Assembly (NCBI GenBank): GCA_965205025.1
Contig: CBDBFU010000021.1
Location: 1 to 64,000 of the forward strand
Source of the DNA: Candidatus Poribacteria bacterium
GTDB lineage: Bacteria; Poribacteria; WGA-4E; WGA-3G
Direction: 5' to 3'
Length of the DNA: 64,000 nucleotides
Positions 41,499 through 50,215 of this stretch are shown one piece after another. Under the pieces are notes generated by a model. The model was given only the letters and a program-made list of their open reading frames with translations. It was not told where the DNA came from and ran no database searches. A program made the translations under genes and the position numbers. Numbering within the stretch: position 1 is the first letter of the stretch; each line of letters opens with the position of its first letter.

Positions 41499-42239
41499 TT
41501 ATATCACACGTAATTCCACATTCATATTTGTGTCTTGTGTAAGTGTATTTGTAACTGGGGAAGCACCCAATGTCTCCTGCCATAGTTTTTCTAATACTTC
41601 ATCATCCGCATCAGAGGCGACATAGAATGTACCAGTAATCTCTTTAAAACCACTATGACCATTTTGTTCTGTACCTAAAAACACAAAGATGTTATCTATC
41701 TGACCACTTAATGATATTTCTAATTCATCAATTTCAATTTTTTGTTGTGATGCTCTAATCTGAAACCCCATTGCTAAACAAGAACCGAGTGCCCCAAGGA
41801 CATATTCTACTGCACTTGGTGCTGCATCACGGACATCGAAACTTGCTGGTTGTCCAACTGACCATGAATGATTTCTACAAAATACTTTAGCTTGTAATCC
41901 ACCATCCCAATGAATACGCGTCTGCCATCGATAATCACGTGCTTGTTCAAAAGCAGTATTGGCATCTTGTTCATCTTCACCACGTTGAACAAAGTACTTA
42001 TTGTGTTCTGTAACCGACCTCCACCCGAGATAAGGATTTTTTGTCATTCTACACCATGCCGGCAGATCTTCTTTTACACTTATCTCAGTACTCCTAATTT
42101 CAAGCACTTCACCATCTGGAACTTGTTCCATTGATTTCCGAATTAGAAGAAGTAAGCCGGAACCACAATCAAGATTTCCACCTTCACAAATGTGTTGAGT
42201 GTTCAGTGAGTCTGGGGCAATTATATCTTCTTCACGCAT
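41499..42239 (-). CDS. TusA/SirA-OsmC fusion protein
   Basis: GGNLDCGSG..EDLPAWC TusA domain; PSAVEYVLGALGSC..SPV OsmC domain. Confidence 0.88.
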   Translation of the reverse strand: MREEDIIAPDSLNTQHICEGGNLDCGSGLLLLIRKSMEQVPDGEVLEIRSTEISVKEDLPAWCRMTKNPYLGWRSVTEHNKYFVQRGEDEQDANTAFEQARDYRWQTRIHWDGGLQAKVFCRNHSWSVGQPASFDVRDAAPSAVEYVLGALGSCLAMGFQIRASQQKIEIDELEISLSGQIDNIFVFLGTEQNGHSGFKEITGTFYVASDADDEVLEKLWQETLGASPVTNTLTQDTNMNVELRVI

Positions 42240-42510
42240 AGATTTATTCCTGAGAGGTGTCTTAAAAAAGTCTAAAATTTATTGAATATGAATACTGGGG
42301 TCGAAGTGCAATTTCGGTAGGAGTAAATGCTGAATGTTATCAATATAAAGAAGGTAACCCTCCCCATAGACATATTCTATAATAGCATAGTAGACTATAG
42401 TTAGTGATCCTATACCAAGTAGGAAGGGAAACCTTATACTTATAATTGGGATTCAACTGATCCCAATTGGATGTTTCTGCATCTATTAGCAGGAACTCCT
42501 TTTCCAGTTG

Positions 42511-42870
42511 TCAATAGGTAATAGAGGATCCACCGGTGGTAAGAAATTCAACTGCTTTTGCCCCACCAACAATTAAGGCTCCGTCTACAAGATTATTTTC
42601 ATCAAGGTTACGCTTTTTAAAACAGGGTGAACAAACCCAAATTATACCACCAACCTCAACAAAGTCATCCATCAGTTGTTTTAAGGGTGCAAAACCATCT
42701 TCATGAATATCATCTGAATACCCATTCTGACTTAGGTGAACACCTTCAGTACTGAGAAAAATTACAGTTTCAATACCTGAGGCAACAGAAGCATTCGCAA
42801 CGACAAAACCGACAGTTGCTTTATCAGTATTGTCTTGTGCGTGCGTAATGCTTATCATCAACTTCGACAT
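42511..42870 (-). CDS. DsrE family protein
   Basis: IFLSTEGV, WVCSPC, IVGGAK; ATG 42870 overlaps the TusA stop (TAATG). Confidence 0.88.
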   Translation of the reverse strand: MSKLMISITHAQDNTDKATVGFVVANASVASGIETVIFLSTEGVHLSQNGYSDDIHEDGFAPLKQLMDDFVEVGGIIWVCSPCFKKRNLDENNLVDGALIVGGAKAVEFLTTGGSSITY

Positions 42871-43133
42871 TAGGAAGCTGCTCCTTTCTTTATAAGAAAA
42901 TAGGCATTGTCTTCTCCGCAACAATCCGCGAGAAGTTCATTGCCTATCATATTACACCATGCTGCTATATCCACAGGTGCTCCTGGGTCAGTAGCATGGA
43001 CTTGTACGATTTGTCCTGGTTCCATAGATCTCATTGATTTGAGCAATGCTATGATAAGGTCTCCACACCCAAGATCACCAAAATCAAATTCGGCATCTGG
43101 GTTGATACCAGGAAGAATTATATTATTTAACAT
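42870..43133 (-). CDS. TusA/SirA family sulfur carrier
   Basis: FDFGDLGCG, ATDPGAPVDIAAWC. Confidence 0.88.
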   Translation of the reverse strand: MLNNIILPGINPDAEFDFGDLGCGDLIIALLKSMRSMEPGQIVQVHATDPGAPVDIAAWCNMIGNELLADCCGEDNAYFLIKKGAAS

Positions 43134-43168
43134 AATTCAATCATATCATATCAAAGCCATTTTGTCAA
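43134..43168 (-). promoter_or_regulatory. sigma70 promoter giving a probable leaderless tusA mRNA
   Basis: TTGACA-17nt-(TG)TATGAT-6nt-ATG, no SD. Confidence 0.72.
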
Positions 43169-43183
43169 CGATTACAAAGATAC

Positions 43184-44357
43184 GGGTGTGCAAAGTTTTT
43201 AGCATTAATTTACGTAATAGAAACGGATCAAATACATGTTCTTAATATAAACTGTATCAAATTCTAATTTCACACTTTTTCCATGAGACTTAAAATAAAA
43301 TGAAGAAAACATAAACATATAACAACTAACACATATATATCACAATAACATAAAATAAATTAAAAATATTTGTCATAATGCAAATAAAATGATACAATAC
43401 TATATCGTTCACTAATTATATACAAAAGCTAACACATTACTTGGAAGATACGAAATATTGTTTATGCCGTGAGAGTGTAACTCTCTTCTAATTATTTTGG
43501 CTAATTATTTACGCTTCTAAACTTTATGCCATATTCAACCAAATCCACTATCTGGAAAATAGGAAAATCTATGTTAGAATTACAACTAAAACATTCAGAA
43601 TTATCGCCTTTTGAGAATCGTTCTCAAAACATATATAGCCAGAATCTAAATAAGCAGATTCAGAGGAATATCAATGCGAATTCAACCGAATATTTTTTTA
43701 GTTTTTCAAATTTTAAAATTTTACTCCGATTAATCAAATCCTTTGTTATCCCAATCCACAACAGGGTTTTCGGCTCATTAAAAAGTAATTTCTTAAAAAG
43801 CAACTCAAAAAACTTGAAAAACTTAAATAACTCAAAAAACTTAAAATTAGACCGACTTCAAACAATACAGACTATCATACACACCAGAAAACTACACTGT
43901 ATCTCATTACTACGAAACGTCCATACAGATATAATTCTCTTCATAGAATTGGTGTTTCCCAATCCGTTAGTTCAAAATATAGAAAATACTAAGATCAAAG
44001 AATCCTCTAAATCTATGATTTATGAAATATGTTCCAATACCTTGTCAAAATCACAGGATAAGATATTTAACATTCAAACGATTCCAAATCAATGTACAAA
44101 AAGAAAAGTAAAAGACACAAAATTCAACCCCCACTTTATAATTTTTACAAATTCTTGTAACCTTAAAAAGTGGCTCTAAACCCAGTGTAGTACTGATGGG
44201 ATAGAGGTTTTACCAATGTTACACCATGTAACGAAAAGTGTAACTTTACTCAACATATTGATAGCATAAATATTACTATTGTGAAAAATGAAAAACTGTA
44301 AACTATAACCTAATAACCCTATGATCGTGATATTCATGCCAAAAACTTTACACACCC
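43184..44357. mobile_element. 1174-bp non-autonomous element bounded by 21-bp TIRs
   Basis: GGGTGTGCAAAGTTTTTAGCA (43184-43204) and TGCCAAAAACTTTACACACCC (44337-44357), 19/21 match; no transposase recognised. Confidence 0.6.
43370..43398 (+). promoter_or_regulatory. Putative sigma70 promoter in repeated module A (copy 2)
   Basis: TTGTCA-17nt-(TG)TACAAT. Confidence 0.55.
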
Positions 44358-44476
44358 TTTTGAGAATTATAGTTTATTCTTCACTACTATAATTTTGACA
44401 ATTCTATTTCAGAGGGGTAACTAAGAATCTAATGATAAGTCTATTTTTTGGAGTTTTGTATATCAAAAATACCGTC

Positions 44477-44884
44477 CTCCAGCGGGGTACTATGTGTCTA
44501 TTGAAAACAATATCGGAACAGTCTGGCACTCCAGCGGAGTGATATGTGCCAATACACTTCGTATGAAAAACATATTAGTACTTTAAAACACACTTAGGTT
44601 ATAGTGTAATTAACGTATGTGATTCACGGAGAATTGGTCTACTTTAAATTATAAACCCTTATAGAATAAGGGTTCGTAAAAATGCTCCGTGAAAGTTTCC
44701 GTGAATGGAATTGTGGATTTCTCAATGGTATATTAACAAATACAATAGTTTAGACAATTCTTATCCATGTTGAACAAATCAGGAGAATCCTACAAAAATA
44801 TCGCACTCAGGCGGAGTGCTAAGTCTATAGAATACATATCAGTACATTCTCGCACTCCAGCGGAGTTCTATGTCTATAGAATAC
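44477..44884. repeat. Two tandem pairs of GCACTCCAGCGGAGTG hairpin repeats
   Basis: Copies at about 44477, 44526, 44803, 44852 with about 49-bp period; inverted pair at 62682-62746. Confidence 0.8.
44607..44705. repeat. 99-bp structured repeat D (copy 2)
   Basis: 91/99 identical to 3815-3913. Confidence 0.92.
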
Positions 44885-44999
44885 CTATTGAAGTAAATTG
44901 ACTTTTCCGAATGCTAATAATGTAAACCAATCAAATAGAATTGGTATAATTTTGAGTTGTCTGAGTCGCGGATTACGCGGAGGAGAGGGAAATATAAGA

Positions 45000-45024
45000 G
45001 TCGGGAATCGGAGTTCCCTCCTAC
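45000..45024 (-). repeat. GTAG-type REP-C
   Basis: Reverse complement GTAGGAGGGAACTCCGATTCCCGAC; relatives at about 50142 and 54236. Confidence 0.7.
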
Positions 45025-45148
45025 AGAAGAGACTAATGAATAAATTGATGTCTATGTTGACAAAACTATACACACTCACGATCTGAAGATGTGGGTTAGG
45101 TGTCATACATAACCAATTTTAATCACTAAATTTATTGAGAATGTAAGC

Positions 45149-46024
45149 TTATCGTTCTAACCATCCCGGTAAAGTAATTGTCTCAGATAATTTCCATGCT
45201 GTATAAAACAGAGATGAAGTCCACCGTACAGCTTCCTTAGATCTGTCTTGCGTAAAGTCGAAGAGTTCTTTACTTGGCGCCTTAAGTTTCTGGTAATCTT
45301 CAACTAATTCATAAACTCTATCAACATGACTAAATCCATCCTGTATTTGTTTAGTTATTGCTGGTAATAGTTCTCCTACCTGTTTAACACTTTGATTTTT
45401 GGCAAGTTCCGAAGGATTTAACTTCATGATTTCAATGGATGAATCTACTTTTTCATGAATACCTCTATGAAGGATTGTCCCATCCTCTTGAACTATCCCG
45501 TCAAAATGGATAGTCAAATGCAAAGGTTGGCACATATCTTGTGCATAATGTGCAAGAAAACCTGCATATAGATAACATTTATACCGAATCATTGTGTTAT
45601 CTGGCCATTTTCTATATTCCGCGAAAGCGATTGCTAACCGTTCAGTCCATTCTGCCACAGCATAAGGTAAAAATCCAACCTTGCTTGGTACAAGATTCAT
45701 CTCAGCACAGAATTTAATAAAGGCATTTCTGTCTGTAGGAATTGGATTATCCTCTATGAGTTCAAGATCAAAGTAATGTTCTCCATATTCAGCTATCCGT
45801 GCATTTGGCATATTACTGTTTTTTGAAATATCAGGATCGTAGGCACTATGTGCAATCATCTTCTCTGCAGTGACAGATCTGAAGAATTCAGGCATTTCAT
45901 CAGGTAAGGTTTTTATAGTAGCTTGCGTGAGTATGTCATGTCCACCACCCCACCAAGCAAAAGCGGGTGTAGTGATAAATAAAAACAGGAGAAAAACAAT
46001 TGTATAGATACGTTTCATATTCAT
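45149..46024 (-). CDS. Secreted S1/P1 nuclease / Zn-dependent phospholipase C fold protein
   Basis: AFA-WWGGGH mature N-terminus, HYFDLE, HYAQDMCQPLH, IHE. Confidence 0.8.
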   Translation of the reverse strand: MNMKRIYTIVFLLFLFITTPAFAWWGGGHDILTQATIKTLPDEMPEFFRSVTAEKMIAHSAYDPDISKNSNMPNARIAEYGEHYFDLELIEDNPIPTDRNAFIKFCAEMNLVPSKVGFLPYAVAEWTERLAIAFAEYRKWPDNTMIRYKCYLYAGFLAHYAQDMCQPLHLTIHFDGIVQEDGTILHRGIHEKVDSSIEIMKLNPSELAKNQSVKQVGELLPAITKQIQDGFSHVDRVYELVEDYQKLKAPSKELFDFTQDRSKEAVRWTSSLFYTAWKLSETITLPGWLER

Positions 46025-46041
46025 CCTTTCAAAATGTTAAA

Positions 46042-46998
46042 TTAGTCTAATGTAAGATATTCTCCAGAATCTGTATCCTGCCATTTAAATTGAAGTTCAG
46101 TTGTTTCATGTGGTTTGAATGGAATAGCAACAGAATCAACGGTAGGACCAATTATATCAATATCATTTAGATCTGCAGTCCCATACCCTAATTCAGTTGC
46201 ATAGTGGAATAATCCAATTTCTAAGGGTTCAAAACCCATTGCCTTAGAAGTTACAGCGTCGGCAGCAAATACATCACCACTTGAAACAGCAATACCAAGT
46301 TGAACAGAATCTGAACCGCCTGGGCCATTTCCTTGTAACCCCAATGTACCATCAACTACTGCTATATCAGGTTTAAGGTAACGTGAGAGTCTAAGTAAAT
46401 TTATGTTTAGTGTCTGTGCTTCTCGAGGTAGTTCTCTATCTGCATGACTGAGATAACCGTGCATTTTGATTCGATCATCTTTATGTATAGTTCCCATAAT
46501 CATGTTCTTCATTGCAAGGGTTACAACCCCAGCATCATGCGTCTTGGCAATTGCAACGGAAATGGTACAGGGACAGTCAAGTACGGTTTTTGGCATACGG
46601 ACTGTTTCTTCAGTACGTCCAGCCAGAAACACCTTAGTCTGTTCCCACTCAGTTTCGGTATGTAAATCAATTAATTTAATAGGTATATCATATTCTGCTT
46701 GTAAAGCTTCATAACCAAATACTTGGAATGCTTCCCCAGAAAAAGATTCATTTGCGCCTTCGGCAATGATAGCTTCTTTTGGTGGATTCGGTGTACTTAA
46801 TAGGAAATCCAAGGTTCCACGTATAGCATCTACATGTGATGATGCGAGCTGGTTTGTATTTGATAAGAAATTCGGTTTTAATAAAACTTGTTCTTGTACT
46901 CTCGGTGTAATGTCGTCACGAATATTATCTAATGATTGGTAAACATTAGATCTTCTTCTTCCTGTCTTTGCTAAACCAACCTTCGTAGAGTTACTCAT
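46042..46998 (-). CDS. DUF362 family protein
   Basis: VLLKPN, AKTH..VTLAMKN, VVDG..GNGP, AADAV. Confidence 0.85.
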   Translation of the reverse strand: MSNSTKVGLAKTGRRRSNVYQSLDNIRDDITPRVQEQVLLKPNFLSNTNQLASSHVDAIRGTLDFLLSTPNPPKEAIIAEGANESFSGEAFQVFGYEALQAEYDIPIKLIDLHTETEWEQTKVFLAGRTEETVRMPKTVLDCPCTISVAIAKTHDAGVVTLAMKNMIMGTIHKDDRIKMHGYLSHADRELPREAQTLNINLLRLSRYLKPDIAVVDGTLGLQGNGPGGSDSVQLGIAVSSGDVFAADAVTSKAMGFEPLEIGLFHYATELGYGTADLNDIDIIGPTVDSVAIPFKPHETTELQFKWQDTDSGEYLTLD

Positions 46999-47047
46999 AC
47001 TTTAAATCTCCTCAGAATTAATAGAGATGTTTTGGGATAGTAAAATT

Positions 47048-47932
47048 TCATTTACTACCTAATATAGGTCTTAAAAATCCGTTATGTTTATCTAATAGAT
47101 TGCTTGCCTCAGTTTGGTTTATTCCTTTTTCAATCATAACTATCGCCGTTTTAGCACTTCCTTCAGCCAATTTTAATGTCTCTTGAGCGACTTGTGAATC
47201 AACACCGGTAATTGACTGAACGATTCGTATACTTCTTTGAATTAATTTTGAATTAGATGCATGAACATCTACCATCAAATTATTATATACTTTCCCAATT
47301 TTCACCATTGAAATCGTAGTAAGCATATTGAGAATGAGTTTTGTTGCTGTACCAGCCTTTAACCTTGTGGAACCGGTGATAATTTCAGGACCAACTATTG
47401 GTGTGATGAAGTGATTAATATATTCTTTCAAGTCATTTGATGGTGGTACACAACTGAGTAGAATCGTTGTGGCATTGAGAGAATTGGCTTCTTTTAATGC
47501 TCCTAATACAAAAGGAGTCCGTCCACTTGCTGCAATACCTATTAAGACATCATTAGAGGAAATACCATGTTCTCTTACTTCATAAGCTCCTTTATCTGGA
47601 TTATCTTCTGCTCCTTCAATTGAATTTCGTAATGCTTTATCTCCTCCAGCGATGATTCCTTGTACCATATCTGGGATTGTACTAAAAGTCGGTGGACATT
47701 CAGATGCATCTAACACTCCAAGTCGACCGCTTGTTCCCGCTCCAATATAAAATAGTCTACCACCGTTATTAAAAGCCTCAACAATCAATTCTATAGCGAA
47801 AGTAATAGCAGCTGATTCAGCTGCCACTGCATCAATAACTACTTTATCCTCATGATTGAATATACTAACAATCTCAGGAATAGTTTTTATGTCAATATCA
47901 ATGGACTTTGAGTTTTGTTGTTCGGTAATCAA
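47048..47932 (-). CDS. murQ: N-acetylmuramic acid 6-phosphate etherase
   Basis: GAGTSGRLGVLDASECPPTF, GSTRLKAGTATKLILNM. Confidence 0.97.
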   Translation of the reverse strand: MITEQQNSKSIDIDIKTIPEIVSIFNHEDKVVIDAVAAESAAITFAIELIVEAFNNGGRLFYIGAGTSGRLGVLDASECPPTFSTIPDMVQGIIAGGDKALRNSIEGAEDNPDKGAYEVREHGISSNDVLIGIAASGRTPFVLGALKEANSLNATTILLSCVPPSNDLKEYINHFITPIVGPEIITGSTRLKAGTATKLILNMLTTISMVKIGKVYNNLMVDVHASNSKLIQRSIRIVQSITGVDSQVAQETLKLAEGSAKTAIVMIEKGINQTEASNLLDKHNGFLRPILGSK

Positions 47933-47942
47933 AAGATGTAAT

Positions 47943-48869
47943 CTAATTACAGGAAGAATTTCTATAGAAGTATGATTTTGCTAAAAGTATTGCACCATCA
48001 ACTGGATCATTTATTGGAAACATTACAGAAATATTATCTATTTTTTCATATAATTTATATTTCAGGTTATCAGAAAATAGCCTTTGATGAATTAGGTTTC
48101 CACCATTCAGGACAATATTAATTGTATCCTTGAAAGTAGCTTGTCTTATTACTGACTCAATTGCACATACCAGTTCATCAGTCGCAGTTTCAATAATGTC
48201 AATTGCAGTCCTATCCCCGTTTTCCATTCCTTCAAATACAGCATCTGATAGTTGAGCAATTTCATTTCGTTCTGCTGCATGTACCCACCGTATCAATTGT
48301 TTTGGATCTTCGAGATTTAGTTGAGTAAGATATAATTCTGTTAATATGGTTGATGGCTGTCTATAATCAGACGCTTTCGCAACCGCTTGAAGTCCCTTGA
48401 TAGCAATGTCATATCCACTACCCTCATCCCCAATGAGATAGCCCCAACCTCCAGCACGAAATTCATTTCCTTGTGAATCAATTCCGTAGACAATTGATCC
48501 TGTTCCTGAGATGACGATTATCCCTTCTGGTTTACCTATTCCTCCAACCAATGCGATATGTGCATCGTGTGTTAGTATTCTCTGTGTTGTGATTTCAATC
48601 TTATCACAGATTTCATTGATTACTTTCTTGTCATCATCACGACCTAATCCTGCCATCCCAATACAAATGACAATGTCGTCATGGGTGCGATCTATCTGTG
48701 AAGTAAGAGTTTTTATTATATCATTTAATACTTGTTGTGTAGTTTCAACCCCAACGACATGATAGTTAGATGGACCATTATTTATCTTAGCAATTTCTTC
48801 ACCTTCGGTAGTGGTTAATACTCCAACCGTTTTCGTTCCACCCCCATCAATACCTATGATATAGTCCAT
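47943..48869 (-). CDS. BadF/BadG/BcrA/BcrD family N-acetyl-sugar kinase (MurK/NagK-like)
   Basis: GIDGGGTKT, ISGTGS, GGWGYLIGDEGSG; adjacent to murQ. Confidence 0.9.
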   Translation of the reverse strand: MDYIIGIDGGGTKTVGVLTTTEGEEIAKINNGPSNYHVVGVETTQQVLNDIIKTLTSQIDRTHDDIVICIGMAGLGRDDDKKVINEICDKIEITTQRILTHDAHIALVGGIGKPEGIIVISGTGSIVYGIDSQGNEFRAGGWGYLIGDEGSGYDIAIKGLQAVAKASDYRQPSTILTELYLTQLNLEDPKQLIRWVHAAERNEIAQLSDAVFEGMENGDRTAIDIIETATDELVCAIESVIRQATFKDTINIVLNGGNLIHQRLFSDNLKYKLYEKIDNISVMFPINDPVDGAILLAKSYFYRNSSCN

Positions 48870-49037
48870 TTTAATTTTAGCTTTGTCAGAAGCAGTAGTA
48901 ATGAAACTACAATGAATATATGTTCTCTACTTATGAGAAATGTGTTTTAGGTTGACATATCTTAGTGAATAAGTTACAGTAATTTATCATAAAATATACG
49001 ATAAAATCAATCATTTAATCGGATTGGGAGTTAAAAA

Positions 49038-50000
49038 ATGCCTCGTAAATTCTACATCTTTGTATTAATATTCATATCTGTGGTGTATTTAGGTTGTTCG
49101 AATGATTCATCATCAATTGTATGGAAACAGATTGATAGTGGAACAGAAGAACATCTATTCAGTGTCTATTTTTTAGATAAGAAGAATGGATGGGTATCTG
49201 GGGATGACGGTTTAGTCTTATCCTCATCAGATAGAGGTAATACATGGAATCAAAGTGAAACTAAGAGTGGGTTAACAGATACATTAACACGCGTGATGTT
49301 TTTAACTCCAAATAATGGATGGCTTGTAAGTAGGGGAAAGATACATTATACCAGTAGTGGTGGTAGCACATGGGGACTACAACATCAGATTCGTTCTGGT
49401 TCAGCTCAACCACCCGGTATATTAGATTTACACTTTGTAAATTCTGCTGAAGGTTGGGCAGTTGGGGGAACCGATGGTAAAGGAGTTTCAACTATCCTAC
49501 ATACGCATAATGGCGGAACAAGATGGGAGAAAGTAGCAAATCCTTCTGACAAGCATTTATGGGGAGTTTATTTTGTAGATTCAAGTTATGGATGGGTTGT
49601 AGGGGAGATGGGTGAGATATTACATACAAAAGATGGTGGAAAACAGTGGATTCGTCAGATAAGTGGTGCTGAACAACCTTTATTTAAAGTCCATTTTACA
49701 GATTTATTAAATGGTTGGATAGTTGGCACAAATGGATTAATTATACATACTTCTGATGGTGGCAGTAAGTGGAATCATCAACAGTCTAATATTAAGCAAA
49801 GTTTACGTGATGTTTTATTTCAGAATGAACAGGTTGGATGGGCAATTGGTGAAGAAGGTCTGATATTACACACGATGAATGGTGGGGAAACCTGGAATCC
49901 ATATCCATCCCCAACCACCAAAAACCTTCAAGACATATTTTTTTACAATAATACTGGGTGGATAGTAGGTGAAAAGGGAACGATTCTCATGGGTAAATAG
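49038..50000 (+). CDS. YCF48-like beta-propeller lipoprotein
   Basis: Lipobox YLGC; repeated GWxVG..G.ILHT.DGG..W. Confidence 0.88.
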   Translation: MPRKFYIFVLIFISVVYLGCSNDSSSIVWKQIDSGTEEHLFSVYFLDKKNGWVSGDDGLVLSSSDRGNTWNQSETKSGLTDTLTRVMFLTPNNGWLVSRGKIHYTSSGGSTWGLQHQIRSGSAQPPGILDLHFVNSAEGWAVGGTDGKGVSTILHTHNGGTRWEKVANPSDKHLWGVYFVDSSYGWVVGEMGEILHTKDGGKQWIRQISGAEQPLFKVHFTDLLNGWIVGTNGLIIHTSDGGSKWNHQQSNIKQSLRDVLFQNEQVGWAIGEEGLILHTMNGGETWNPYPSPTTKNLQDIFFYNNTGWIVGEKGTILMGK

Positions 50001-50022
50001 CGTGAAGACAAACATAAGTCTG

Positions 50023-50140
50023 TTATACCATTTCTATAAATGTCTATCCTATGAAGAGTTATTATGCATGTGATAAAATACTGCACAAACTGGAAGTTTA
50101 TGTTACATTAAAGAGACTATAATTATCAGAAATGGTATAA
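50023..50140. mobile_element. TTATACCATTTCT-family MITE-like element containing REP-A
   Basis: Perfect 13-bp TIR TTATACCATTTCT / AGAAATGGTATAA. Confidence 0.75.
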
Positions 50141-50215
50141 AATCGGGATCGGAACCCCCTTCTACAAAGAGGTTAATGCTTAAATTGACACCTATGGTTT
50201 CTATACTCGTCTCCC

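Noticed and set aside
42871-42924. Longer DsrE N-terminus from the ORF track
   Set aside because: Overlaps tusA; ATG 42870 coupled to the tusA stop fits better.
43526-44179. 217-aa ORF as a transposase
   Set aside because: No DDE, HUH or HTH motif; low complexity and built partly from repeats. Kept only as part of a finding.
44477-44884. CRISPR-like array from the GCACTCCAGCGGAGTG units
   Set aside because: Units occur as degenerate pairs at dispersed sites, not as a regular array.
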